From: an uncultured Candidatus Binatia bacterium
GTDB lineage: Bacteria > Desulfobacterota > Binatia > UBA9968 > JAJDTQ01
Assembly (NCBI GenBank): GCA_965219905.1
Contig: CBDCOS010000004.1
Location: 48,696 to 112,695 of the forward strand
Length of the DNA: 64,000 nucleotides
Direction of reading: 5' to 3'
In this document: in pieces, positions 1-8,930 of the stretch
Position numbering within the stretch: the first letter of the stretch is position 1
Layout: every line of letters begins with the position of its first letter
Made by a program: the position numbers and the translations under genes
The notes under the pieces: generated by a model
Told to the model about the DNA's origin: nothing
Database searches by the model: none
Seen by the model: the letters and a program-made list of their open reading frames with translations, nothing else

Positions 1-357
1 CAGCATCGGTGTGACCGTCTCGTGCAGGAAGAGCACGGCCAGCGCGGTGCCGAACAGGGGATTGGTGGACTGGACGGTGCTGGTGACGCTGGCTCCGAGG
101 CGGGCCACCCCGTGATAGGCGAACAGGCGGGTGCCGAGCTGGATCCAGCCGCCGGCCACGAAGCAGAGGGTCGCCACCAGGGGAACGTCGGGGATGCCGC
201 CGGTGAGGAAGACGATCGTCCACAGGATGGAGGTGTTGACGGCCAGCGCCACGTAGGCGGCGGTGCTGGGCGTCGAGTACACCAGTCCCCGCCGGGTGGC
301 CAGGAAGCAGCCGGCGTAGAAGAACGAGGTCACCAGCGCGAGAAATTGGGGCGACAT
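1..357 (-). CDS. EamA/DMT-family transporter, N-terminal part (gene runs off the left edge)
   Basis: Reverse-strand ATG at 355-357 opens a frame with no stop down to position 1, so it is absent from the ORF track. My translation is MSPQFLALVTSFFYAGCFLATRRGLVYS...GVARLGASVTSTVQSTNPLFGTALAVLFLHE: consecutive hydrophobic helices with an EamA-repeat-like ending. Confidence 0.6.
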   Translation of the reverse strand, partial: MSPQFLALVTSFFYAGCFLATRRGLVYSTPSTAAYVALAVNTSILWTIVFLTGGIPDVPLVATLCFVAGGWIQLGTRLFAYHGVARLGASVTSTVQSTNPLFGTALAVLFLHETVTPML

Positions 358-380
358 GAACGCGTGCGGTGCCGGTTCGC

Positions 381-1196
381 CTAGTCTTCCGCCAGGTCCC
401 TGCTGACCCCGATGCGGTCCACCAGGGGAAGCTTGAGCGCGGGCCGGGCCACGTCGAGGCCGAACACCAGTCCGAGCAGGTTGATCTCAAGCCCTTCCTG
501 GACTGCTGCCGCCGCGCCCAGCAGGCCGTAGAGGGAGAGTTGCCAGCCGGTGCCGCTCGGGGTCCGGGCCAGGAACTGCCCCTGGTCGAGGTAGTCCTTG
601 CCGAGAGCGTTGGACGGAAGCGCCGCCTCCAGCTCGGGGACCCGCCGGGCCACGTAGGCGGTGAAGGTGTTGCTGTTGGGGCCGGGCCAGAGCCGGTAGG
701 AACTCGGATAGGGATAGCTCTCGGCGGCCCTGCGTATGGCCGGAATCGCCCGCTCGGCCGCCGCTCCGCGGACGTCCGCCAGGATCGCCGGCCGGCTGTC
801 GAACCAAAGCCGGTCGGGAATATCCTCCCGCGCCACCACCACCGGGAGGCCGCGGTACAAGCGCCAGCCCACCACCTGGTAGACCACGTACGTCCGGGCT
901 CCGGGCTCCTTGGCGGCGATCCAGGTGTGCACGCCGAAGATGCCGCGCCAGTTGAAGGCGCGGGCGGCATAGAGCTGCACCACGGCCTCGGGGGTGCGGG
1001 CGGGATCCGGGGCGATGCCGGCACTTTCCCGGCTGGCGCTGCGCCAGTCCCGGTTCCACGCGCCGGAGGCGCCGACGACGAATACGGAGACGAGCGCCAG
1101 CGACAGCAGGATCAGGGAGATGGTCAGGATGTTCCGCAACGGGTTGCCGTATGGGCGTCCCGTCCATGGGACGCGGCCCCGCGCACTTCTTGACAC
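381..1196 (-). CDS. DUF3750-like protein with an N-terminal membrane anchor
   Basis: 271-aa ORF with a hydrophobic segment ILTISLILLSLALVSVFVV. The body (HTWIAAKEPGARTYVVYQVVGW...WPGPNSNTF) reads like the DUF3750 family from memory. The competing ORFs at the same locus are R/G/P-rich junk. Confidence 0.5.
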   Translation of the reverse strand: MSRSARGRVPWTGRPYGNPLRNILTISLILLSLALVSVFVVGASGAWNRDWRSASRESAGIAPDPARTPEAVVQLYAARAFNWRGIFGVHTWIAAKEPGARTYVVYQVVGWRLYRGLPVVVAREDIPDRLWFDSRPAILADVRGAAAERAIPAIRRAAESYPYPSSYRLWPGPNSNTFTAYVARRVPELEAALPSNALGKDYLDQGQFLARTPSGTGWQLSLYGLLGAAAAVQEGLEINLLGLVFGLDVARPALKLPLVDRIGVSRDLAED

Positions 1197-1283
1197 CCAA
1201 TCCCAGGGTTCGTTACTAGTGCTGGTGTGCGGGGTGGTGAAGCTTCATACGAGTCTAGGTGAAATCGGCCGAGGAGACAAACC

Positions 1284-2372
1284 ATGGCACGGAACGGACA
1301 CCCTTTGGTGGTGGATGCCGACGCTCACGTCATCGAAACCGAACGGACCTGGGACTACCTTGAAGGCTCCGACAGGAAGTACCGGCCGGCGCTCTTCGGC
1401 GCTCCGGACGTGGGCCGGCAGTACTGGGTCATGGACGGAAAGATCCGCGGGGTGCGCTTGCCCACCCTGAACGAGCAGCAGCTCGAGGAATTGTCGGAAA
1501 AGACCGGCCGCAGGCTTACCACGCCCCAGGCCTCGCGCGAGCTTGACGACGTGGACCTGCGCGTGGCCCAGCTCGACGACTTGGGAGTGGACGTCCAGGT
1601 AATGCACAACACGCTGTGGATCGAGCGCGTGGCGGACCGGGAGGACGCCGAGACGGCGCTGTGCCTGGCGTGGAACCGCTGGATGGCCGATGTCTGGAAG
1701 GCCGGAAAGGGAAGGCTGCGGTGGTCCTGCGTCGTCCCCGCCATGACCATGAACGAGGCGCTGCAGCAGATCCGCTTCGCGCGCGAGCACGGCGCGGTGG
1801 CGGTGTGCATGCGCCCCTTCGAAGGCGACCGCCACCTGGTGGACCCCTACTTCTACCCGGTGTTCGAGCTCGCCACCGAGCTGGACATGGCCATCGGGGT
1901 GCACATCGCCAACGGCAGTGCCGGGCTGATTTCCCACTTCCGGCCCCGCTACGACCGGACCGGCGGCTTCGCGCCGTTCCGGGTGCCCACGGTGCTCACC
2001 TGCCTTCAGCTCATCATGAGCGAGGTGCCGGAGGTCTTTCCCAAGCTCCGCTGGGGCTTCATCGAGTCGTCCGCCCAGTGGGTCCCCTGGATCGTCAACG
2101 AGGCGAGACGGCGCGCGGGCAAGTCCGACTATCCCGACAATCCCCTGAAGGAGTTCAACATCTACGTCACGGCCCAGACCGATGACGACTTCCCGTTCGT
2201 GCTCAAGTACGCGGGCGAGGACAACCTCGTCATCGGCACCGACTACGGCCACGTCGACGCGTCCAGCGAAATAGACGCCATCACCCGGTTCAAGGCGGAC
2301 CCGACGGTAGAGGACGGACCCAAGCGCAAGATCCTGAGCGACAATCCCATGGCGCTCTACGGCATCGCATGA
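1284..2372 (+). CDS. Amidohydrolase-2 family (PF04909-type metal-dependent hydrolase/decarboxylase), paralog 1
   Basis: N-terminal VVDADAHVIE (HxH-type metal motif) and C-terminal GTDYGHVD. GAGGAG lies 8 nt upstream of the ATG. Confidence 0.8.
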   Translation: MARNGHPLVVDADAHVIETERTWDYLEGSDRKYRPALFGAPDVGRQYWVMDGKIRGVRLPTLNEQQLEELSEKTGRRLTTPQASRELDDVDLRVAQLDDLGVDVQVMHNTLWIERVADREDAETALCLAWNRWMADVWKAGKGRLRWSCVVPAMTMNEALQQIRFAREHGAVAVCMRPFEGDRHLVDPYFYPVFELATELDMAIGVHIANGSAGLISHFRPRYDRTGGFAPFRVPTVLTCLQLIMSEVPEVFPKLRWGFIESSAQWVPWIVNEARRRAGKSDYPDNPLKEFNIYVTAQTDDDFPFVLKYAGEDNLVIGTDYGHVDASSEIDAITRFKADPTVEDGPKRKILSDNPMALYGIA

Positions 2373-2407
2373 CGGCGAGCGATCGCACGGGCGAAAGGAG
2401 AACGGCA

Positions 2408-3496
2408 ATGTCCGGCAATGGAACGCACATGGTAGTGGACTCGGACGCCCACGTGGTGGAGACCGAGCACACGTGGGACTATCTGGATGCCTCGGAGAAG
2501 AAGTTTCGCCCGCAGCTCTTCGGCGGCCCCGAGGACCTGACCACGCAGTATTGGGTGCTGGACGGCAAGGTGCTGGGGTTCCGGTTCCAGAGCCTGAGCG
2601 AGCAGCAGCTCGACGAGGTGTCGGAGAAGGCCGGCAGGCACATGCAGACGCCCAAGGAGGCGCGCGAGCTGCGGGACGTGCAGTTGCGGGTCGATCATCT
2701 GGACGAGCTCGGCATCGACGTCCAGGTCCTGTACAACACCATGTGGATCGAGCAGGTGACGGACCACGCCGACGCCGAGATCGCCCTGTGCGGAAGCTGG
2801 AACCGCTGGATGGCGGACGTGTGGAAGCAGGGCGGCGGACGCCTCCGGTGGGTCTGCGTGGTGCCGGCCATGACCATGAACGAGGCGCTCGAGCAGATCC
2901 GCTTCGCCCGGGAGAACGGCGCGGTGGGCGTGTGCCTCCGTCCCTTTGAAGGCGGCCGGCACCTGGTGGATCCGTATTTCTATCCGATCTTCGACGAAGC
3001 CCAGCGTCTCGACATGATGATGGGCATCCATATCGCCATCGGCAGCCCCAGGATGGCCTCGCAGTTCCGGCCGCGCTACGACAGCGGCGGCGGACTGCCG
3101 GTGTTCCGCATCCCCACGGTCTCCCAGTGCTTCACGGTGATGATGAGCGAGGTGCCCAAGGTCTTTCCGGACCTGCGCTGGGGATTCATCGAGTCCTCCG
3201 CCCAGTGGGTGCCGTGGGTGGTGAACGAGACCATCCGGAGGTCCGGGACCGCGGAATACCCCAGGGACCCCATGAAGGCGTTCAACATCTACGTTTCGGC
3301 CCAGACCGACGACGACTTCCCCTATGTCCTCAAGTACGCGGGCGACGACAACATCGTCATCGGCACGGACTACGGCCACACCGACGCCTCCAGCGAAGTG
3401 GACGCGTTCACCATCTTCAACGGCAACGACACCATCTCCGCGGAACAGAAGCGGAAGATCCTGAGCGACAACGGCCGGGCGTTGTACGGCCTGTAG
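2408..3496 (+). CDS. Amidohydrolase-2 family, paralog 2 (tandem duplicate of 1284-2372)
   Basis: Collinear with paralog 1, roughly two thirds identical by eye (VVDSDAHVVETEHTWDYL..., GTDYGHTDASSE). I chose ATG 2408 because AAAGGAG sits 6 nt upstream. The track ORF starts at 2369, an ATGA overlap with the upstream stop. Confidence 0.8.
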   Translation: MSGNGTHMVVDSDAHVVETEHTWDYLDASEKKFRPQLFGGPEDLTTQYWVLDGKVLGFRFQSLSEQQLDEVSEKAGRHMQTPKEARELRDVQLRVDHLDELGIDVQVLYNTMWIEQVTDHADAEIALCGSWNRWMADVWKQGGGRLRWVCVVPAMTMNEALEQIRFARENGAVGVCLRPFEGGRHLVDPYFYPIFDEAQRLDMMMGIHIAIGSPRMASQFRPRYDSGGGLPVFRIPTVSQCFTVMMSEVPKVFPDLRWGFIESSAQWVPWVVNETIRRSGTAEYPRDPMKAFNIYVSAQTDDDFPYVLKYAGDDNIVIGTDYGHTDASSEVDAFTIFNGNDTISAEQKRKILSDNGRALYGL

Positions 3497-3537
3497 GGCG
3501 GGAGGGGGATACGCCTGTAGTGCGGAAGGGGGATACT
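3490..3537. repeat. 24-bp tandem duplication spanning the stop codon of the upstream gene
   Basis: cctgtagggcgggagggggatacg (3490-3513) is followed by cctgtagtgcggaagggggatact (3514-3537), 21/24 identical. Confidence 0.8.
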
Positions 3538-3540
3538 CTC

Positions 3541-3649
3541 CTCCATCATTTCTACCCCCTCCATCATTTCTACCCCCTCCATCATTTCTACCCCCTCCAT
3601 CATTTCTACCCCCTCCATCATTCCTGCCCCCTCCATCATTCCTGCCCCC
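3541..3649. repeat. 18-bp tandem repeat array
   Basis: ctccatcatttctacccc occurs four times exactly (3541, 3559, 3577, 3595). Two variants ctccatcattcctgcccc(c) follow at 3613 and 3631. A seventh unit, ctccgtcattcccgc, runs into the palindrome. Confidence 0.95.
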
Positions 3650-3651
3650 CT

Positions 3652-3752
3652 CCGTCATTCCCGCGAAAGCGGGAATCCAGGGGTGGCGGGGGGTGCGGCG
3701 GTCGAGGCACCCGGCCCCACCCTGCCTGGATTCGCTTTCGCGGGAATGACGG
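3652..3752. repeat. REP-like palindromic element, copy A
   Basis: ccgtcattcccgcgaaagcgggaatccagg (3652-3681) is mirrored by cctggattcgctttcgcgggaatgacgg (3725-3752) around a G-rich centre. Inverted copies of the 18-mer unit follow at 3751-3800. The element lies between convergent genes. Confidence 0.85.
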
Positions 3753-3815
3753 AGGGGGGCAGGAATGACCGACGGGGGCGGGAATGACGGAGAAGGGCGG
3801 CGGCGGTTCGCCTAC

Positions 3816-4382
3816 TCAGCCCCTGAACGGGCTCGTGACCTGGTAGCAGAAGCTGTTGAAGAGGGGGGTGGTGGTGAGGCCGCTCCAGGCGAAGAGCTTG
3901 CCCTCGGCGAAGAAGATGTGCATGCCGCAGTCGAACACCAGCACGACCCCGGCCAGGACGGCCACGGTGATGGAGATGACCGTGAGCCAGCGTTCGCCGG
4001 CGCTCTTGAGATAGAGCAGCGTCGCCAGCCCGATTCCGAACTGAAAGCCCACGAGCCAGATGGCGGCGGCGAACCCGAGGATCCAGCCGATGATGGCGGT
4101 GGTGCGGCGCCGTTCCTCGGCCGGGTCCAGGGGCTCCGCCTCCCGCTCCGCCAGCGACGGGTCCAGGAGTCCCGGCTCGTCCGCCTCGGCCGGGACGGTC
4201 CGTTCCGGCCGTCCTGCGATCTCCCGCGCAAGCTGGACCGCCAGGAGCGCCGCCGTGGGCAAGCCGATGAGCCAGGCCATGAGGCTGGCCTGCAATTCCC
4301 AGGCGGAGGCCTCCCAGAGCGCCCAGGCCATCACCAGGAACAATCCGCCGGTGAAGGCGATGGAGAGCCGCCGGGAGCTCAT
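3816..4382 (-). CDS. tctB: Tripartite tricarboxylate transporter small membrane subunit TctB
   Basis: Small four-helix hydrophobic protein directly downstream of tctA. ATG 4380-4382 overlaps the tctA stop (ATGA). The longer track ORF (to 4457) adds only an R/P-rich leader. Confidence 0.7.
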   Translation of the reverse strand: MSSRRLSIAFTGGLFLVMAWALWEASAWELQASLMAWLIGLPTAALLAVQLAREIAGRPERTVPAEADEPGLLDPSLAEREAEPLDPAEERRRTTAIIGWILGFAAAIWLVGFQFGIGLATLLYLKSAGERWLTVISITVAVLAGVVLVFDCGMHIFFAEGKLFAWSGLTTTPLFNSFCYQVTSPFRG

Positions 4383-6001
4383 GGCGCGGTCCCGGCCGCC
4401 CGCTGGCGGCGGCGGTCGCGGATCACCGGAAAGGCGATGCTGGCCAGGATGACGCACAGGATGATCAGCACCCCCGGCCGTGTGATGAAGCCGAAGTCGT
4501 AGCGCGAGTAGGTGATCCAGAGGTAGTTGTCAGCCAGCCGCCCAAGCACCAGTCCCAGCAGCAGCGCCGGCCGCGACCAGTCGAACACCACCATGAGCCA
4601 GCCCAGGGCGCCGAAGACCAGGGTGACGAGGATGTCGCCGAAGCTGTTGGTGTGGGTGTAGGAGCCCAGGTAGATGAACAGCAGCAGCGGCGGTATCAGC
4701 AGCGTTCCCTTGATGCGCGTGAGCCGCGCCAACTGGTTCAGGAACAGGAAGCAGACCGACACGGTGATGACGTTGGATACCACCAGCACCCACACCAGCG
4801 AGAAGGTGACGTCCAGGTCCTTGGTCAGCATGGAGGTGCCGGGACGGAGGCCCAGGACGAGGAACGCCCCCAGCAGGATGGCCGTGGTGACGTTGCCGGG
4901 GATGCCGAAGGCGATGGTGGGGATGAGCGCGCCCCCGAGGGTCGAGTTGTTGGCCGCGCCCGGGCCCACGACCCCCTCGATGACGCCGGTCCCCACCCGG
5001 TCGTGCTTGCCCGAGGACTGCATCGCGTGGGCGTACGCCACCCACTGGGACACCGGCCCGCCCATGCCCGGGATGATGCCGATGTAGGTGCCCATGGCGC
5101 TGCACCGGGCCACCAGCCACCAGTGCCGGAGCGCGTCCTTCACCCCCTGGAGCACGCCGCCGAGGCGGCCCACGTGGGCTTGGGCGATGCTGCCCCCCTT
5201 GGTGGCCAGGTCGATGATCTCCGGGATGGCGAACAGCCCCACCGTGGCCGGCACCAGTCCGATGCCGGCGCCGCCGGTCTCGCCGCCGCCCCAGAGGTAC
5301 ATGGTGCCGAAGGTAAAGCGCTCGGTGGCGGTCTGCATGTCCAGCCCCACCAGCGAGAAGATGAAGCCCAGGCCGCCCGCGGCCAGCCCCTTGATCACGC
5401 TTCCGCCGCTCAGGGCGCCCACGAAGGTCACGCCGGCGACCGTGAGCATGAAGAACTCCGGGGTGCCCAGGGCCAGCACCAGGGGCGTCACGATGGGGAT
5501 GGCCACGGCGATGGCGCCGGCGCCGATGAGCGCCCCCATGAGGGAACTCATGAGCGAGGCGCCCAGGGCGCGGCCGGCCTCGCCCTTCTTGGCCATGGGG
5601 TGGCCTTCCACGATGGTGGAGGCGGTGGAGCCTTCGCCGGGGATGCCGAAGAGGATGGAGGTGATGTCGCCGGTGGTGGCGGTGACGGCCATCATCCCGA
5701 GCAGGAACGAGAACGCCTCCACCGCGTCCATCTTGAGCTGGAACGCGAACCCCAGCATGAGGGCCATGGTGACGGGTCCGCCCAGACCCGGCAGCATGCC
5801 CACCGCGAATCCGATGAGGTTGCCCAGCAGCAGGTAGCCGAACGCCGGCCAGGAGAAGACCCGGGCGAACCCTTCCAGAGAGGCCGCGCCGATCTTTCCG
5901 GCCATCCCCTGGGCCAGGAAGATCCAGACCGCGAGGACCGCCAGGAAGACGAGCCAGCTCAGGCTACGTTTGAGGTTCACGATAAGGGGATCCGGTGACA
6001 C
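4379..6001 (-). CDS. tctA: Tripartite tricarboxylate transporter large permease TctA
   Basis: 540-aa polytopic protein with GMLPGLGGPVTMALMLGF and IIPGMGGPVSQWVAYA motifs typical of TctA. An alternative start at 5905 (MAGKIG) is possible. Confidence 0.85.
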   Translation of the reverse strand: MSPDPLIVNLKRSLSWLVFLAVLAVWIFLAQGMAGKIGAASLEGFARVFSWPAFGYLLLGNLIGFAVGMLPGLGGPVTMALMLGFAFQLKMDAVEAFSFLLGMMAVTATTGDITSILFGIPGEGSTASTIVEGHPMAKKGEAGRALGASLMSSLMGALIGAGAIAVAIPIVTPLVLALGTPEFFMLTVAGVTFVGALSGGSVIKGLAAGGLGFIFSLVGLDMQTATERFTFGTMYLWGGGETGGAGIGLVPATVGLFAIPEIIDLATKGGSIAQAHVGRLGGVLQGVKDALRHWWLVARCSAMGTYIGIIPGMGGPVSQWVAYAHAMQSSGKHDRVGTGVIEGVVGPGAANNSTLGGALIPTIAFGIPGNVTTAILLGAFLVLGLRPGTSMLTKDLDVTFSLVWVLVVSNVITVSVCFLFLNQLARLTRIKGTLLIPPLLLFIYLGSYTHTNSFGDILVTLVFGALGWLMVVFDWSRPALLLGLVLGRLADNYLWITYSRYDFGFITRPGVLIILCVILASIAFPVIRDRRRQRAAGTAP

Positions 6002-6085
6002 CCGCCCCTAAGGGTGGTCGCTCCTTGCCGGCAACGAGAAACCCTTGCGGGGCGGGCAGTACCCGGGCGAAGGCCGCGACCCGGT

Positions 6086-7165
6086 TCAGGGCTTCTTGGC
6101 CATGGCCTTCAGGATCTCCAGGGCTTCCGGGTCGCGCTTCTGGATCTCCACGACCTTGTCGATGATGGCCTGGGCCGCGGGCGCGTTGAGCGACACCAAC
6201 TGGAAACCGATGGCCTTCTTGAAGTGGGCGATCATCTCCTTGTCCTTCAGGAACCGGTCGAAGCTCGCCGCCATGGTGTTGAAGACGTTCTTGGGGACCC
6301 GCGCCGCGTAGATCCAGCCGCGCCGGACGCCGCCCAGGTAGGCCAGAAGCTCCATGGCGCGGTAGTTGGGGTCCTTCCTGATGGACTCGCCCTTGAGCTC
6401 CAGGACGATCTCGTAGTAGGTGGGCAGGTCCGGCAGACGCGGGTCGCGGATGATCTTGCCGTCCTGGACGGTGCCTTCCTGGGCGATGGGCACCACCGCG
6501 CCTTCCTCGACCATCGGCAGCACCGCCGCGAAGTAGCCGCTCTGGCTGTCGTTGGTCATGTTCAACTCGCCCCGGCGGATGGCCGCGCGCATGTCGCCGC
6601 TGCTGCCGTAGCCGGTCACCAGCTTGTGGTCCTTGCCCAGGATCTTCAGGAGCAGCCGCGGGATCATGGACCGCGGGCTCTGGATCGAGGTGGTGCCGAA
6701 GAAGAGCTTCTTCTTGACCGCGCCCAGCTCGGTGCCCTTGGTGATGCCCAGGTCCTTGCTGACGAAGGTGACGGTGGTCTCGCGCACGCCCCCCAGCCAC
6801 TGGAGCTTCGCGAGCTCGAACTTGACCTTGTCGGGCTTGAAGATGGTGTCGGTCACCGAGGTGGAGAACTGCCCGATGACGGTGCCGTCGGCGGGCGCCG
6901 AGTTGTACACCCAGTTCTCGCCCACGATGCCCCCGCCGCCGGGCATGTTCTTGATGATGGTGGTGGGGTTGCCCGGGATCTGCTTCCCGATGAACGGCAG
7001 CATCTGGCGCGCCATGATGTCGGCGGCTCCGCCCACGGAGTAGGGGATCAGGATGGCGACCGTCTTGCCCTTGAAAGAGACATCCGCGGCCCCTCCGGTG
7101 GAGGTTCCGAGGACTATGAACAGGGCGGCGGCTGCGGCTACAAGGGCAATGGAACGTCGATTCAT
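6086..7165 (-). CDS. tctC: Tripartite tricarboxylate transporter substrate-binding protein TctC (Bug family)
   Basis: Signal peptide MNRRSIALVAAAAALFIVLG, then ILIPYSVGGAADIMARQ and NMPGGGGIVG motifs. GGAAGGAG lies 6 nt upstream of ATG 7165. Confidence 0.85.
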   Translation of the reverse strand: MNRRSIALVAAAAALFIVLGTSTGGAADVSFKGKTVAILIPYSVGGAADIMARQMLPFIGKQIPGNPTTIIKNMPGGGGIVGENWVYNSAPADGTVIGQFSTSVTDTIFKPDKVKFELAKLQWLGGVRETTVTFVSKDLGITKGTELGAVKKKLFFGTTSIQSPRSMIPRLLLKILGKDHKLVTGYGSSGDMRAAIRRGELNMTNDSQSGYFAAVLPMVEEGAVVPIAQEGTVQDGKIIRDPRLPDLPTYYEIVLELKGESIRKDPNYRAMELLAYLGGVRRGWIYAARVPKNVFNTMAASFDRFLKDKEMIAHFKKAIGFQLVSLNAPAAQAIIDKVVEIQKRDPEALEILKAMAKKP

Positions 7166-7285
7166 GGCGTGCTCCTTCCTGAGTGGGTCCAATGTTCGAG
7201 TATCGTGTTCCGCAAAGACCGTAGGCCCCTACTTATTTCGTGTGGACTCCGCCTGTCAACCGCAAACGCTCGCGCCCGCGCCGAT

Positions 7286-7314
7286 TTGACAACCTCCGGT
7301 GCTTCGGTTAAGAA
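7286..7314 (+). promoter_or_regulatory. Candidate sigma70-like promoter for the UbiD gene
   Basis: TTGACA (7286-7291), a 17-nt spacer, then TAAGAA (7309-7314) in the tctC/UbiD divergent region. The -10 is weak. Confidence 0.25.
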
Positions 7315-7373
7315 CCCCTAGACTTCGAGGGGTAGCAGGCTTCGAAGCGCAGGATCTTCGGAGATTCCGACGC

Positions 7374-7400
7374 GTATCCACTACACAGGTATCCACTACA
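7374..7400 (+). promoter_or_regulatory. Exact 12-bp direct repeat (possible operator) just upstream of the UbiD start
   Basis: gtatccactaca at 7374-7385 and again at 7389-7400 (period 15 bp), ending 17 nt before ATG 7418. Confidence 0.4.
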
Positions 7401-7417
7401 TTCGAGAGAGGTGACAC

Positions 7418-8863
7418 ATGCCCAAGAGCCTGGGATCGTTTCTGGAAGACTGCCGTCGGGAGATTCCCAACGAGGTGGTCCACGTAACCAAGCAGGTGGA
7501 CCCGGCGCACTACGACGTGAGCGCGCTCATCAAGCACCTGGATGAGTTGAGGAAATTCCCCATCCTGGTCTTCGACAATCCGCTGAATCTTCACGGGCAG
7601 CCGTCGGACATCAAGCTGACCATGAACTGCGAGATCTCCCAGGGCAAGACCCAGGTGGCGCTCGGGCTCGACAGGGACACGAGCCGGGAGGTCATGACCG
7701 ACATATGCCTGGAGCGCGAGGAGCACCGCATCGAGCCGGTGGTCATCGAGCACGACCAGGCGCCGATCATGCAAAACTCCCAGACCGGCAAGGACGTGGA
7801 CATCTACCAGATCCCGGTGATGCGGCACCACTACATGGACGGCGGTCCCTACATCGTCATGTCCACCATCACCAAGGAGCGGCAGTCCGGCATCTACAAC
7901 TGCTCGTACCACCGCATGGAGGTCAAGTCGCCCCAGAGCACGGCGCTGTACGCCTCGCCGCGCCACCTGTGGAAGATCTTCAAGGACTACGAGGACAACA
8001 ACATGGAGTGCCCCGTGGCCACCGTGCTGGGGCATCACCCGGCCTACCACATGGGCGCGTGCTACAGCGGCGCGTTCGAGGTGAGCGAGTTCGACATCAT
8101 CGGCGGCTACATGCAGGAGCCCCTGCGGCTCACGCCGTCCGCCACCTGGGGGGACAACTTCCTCATCCCGGCGGACGCCGAGGTGGTCATCGAAGGGCTG
8201 CTCCAGCCCAACAAGCGGGTGGTGGAAGGGCCCTTCGGCGAGGCTCCGGGCTATCTCGGGCCGCAGCGCTACACCACCTGCGTGGAGTACAAGGTCACGG
8301 CCATGAACTGGCGCAAGGGGGCCATGTTCCAGTCCATCATCACGCCGGAAGGCGACAAGCCGTGGATGGACCTGCCGCGGGAAGGCGCCTATCTCCGGCG
8401 TTGCCGCGAGGCGGTGCCCGGCGTGACCGCGGTGTGCAAGATGGGCCGCCATGCCCACTACAACGTCTTCATCGCCATGAAGAAGCTCTCGGAAGGCGAC
8501 CCGGGCCGGGCGGCGGCCGCGGCCCTGACCTTCGACCACACCAAGAACGTCTTCGTGTTCGACGACGACATCAACGTGTACAACCCCACGGATATCTTGT
8601 GGGCGCTGGCCACGCGCGTGCAGCCCCACCGCCAGGTGTCGATCCTGAAGCCGCTGTTCCGCGGCAACTTCCTCGACCCCTCCCTGGTGGACGAGATCAA
8701 GACTTCCGGGATGATCGTGGACGCCACCCGTCCGCTGGACCGGCCGTTCTCACCGGTGTCCAAGGTGCCGGACGAGGCCATGGACCGGATCAAGATCGAG
8801 GATTTCATCCCCGGCGAGATCCTCTCGCACATTCCTATCGACCGGACCACCTACTGGTCGTAG
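7418..8863 (+). CDS. UbiD-family (prFMN-type) decarboxylase, paralog 1
   Basis: 481 aa with GGPYIVMS, YNCSYHRMEV, VVEGPFGEAPGY and VFDDDINVYNPTDILWALATR motifs. GAGAGAGG RBS. Confidence 0.85.
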   Translation: MPKSLGSFLEDCRREIPNEVVHVTKQVDPAHYDVSALIKHLDELRKFPILVFDNPLNLHGQPSDIKLTMNCEISQGKTQVALGLDRDTSREVMTDICLEREEHRIEPVVIEHDQAPIMQNSQTGKDVDIYQIPVMRHHYMDGGPYIVMSTITKERQSGIYNCSYHRMEVKSPQSTALYASPRHLWKIFKDYEDNNMECPVATVLGHHPAYHMGACYSGAFEVSEFDIIGGYMQEPLRLTPSATWGDNFLIPADAEVVIEGLLQPNKRVVEGPFGEAPGYLGPQRYTTCVEYKVTAMNWRKGAMFQSIITPEGDKPWMDLPREGAYLRRCREAVPGVTAVCKMGRHAHYNVFIAMKKLSEGDPGRAAAAALTFDHTKNVFVFDDDINVYNPTDILWALATRVQPHRQVSILKPLFRGNFLDPSLVDEIKTSGMIVDATRPLDRPFSPVSKVPDEAMDRIKIEDFIPGEILSHIPIDRTTYWS

Positions 8864-8880
8864 GGGTGGTGCCGCGCCGG

Positions 8881-8921
8881 CTCTGTGAAACCGAATGAAA
8901 GCTCTGTGAACCGAATGAAAG
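8881..8921. repeat. About 21-bp tandem duplication upstream of the mini-ORF
   Basis: ctctgtgaaaccgaatgaaag (8881-8901) followed by ctctgtgaaccgaatgaaag (8902-8921). Confidence 0.85.
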
Positions 8922-8930
8922 GAATGCCCG

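Noticed and set aside
3541-3649. Possible CRISPR array
   Set aside because: The 18-bp units are contiguous with no spacers, and no cas genes are nearby. This is a simple tandem repeat.
2357-3658. 433-aa minus-strand ORF beginning with GGRNDGG repeats, and the plus-strand ORF 3127-3768 containing HHFYPL repeats
   Set aside because: The repetitive peptides are simply translations of the 18-bp tandem array. The remainder is antisense or out of frame to the amidohydrolase paralog.
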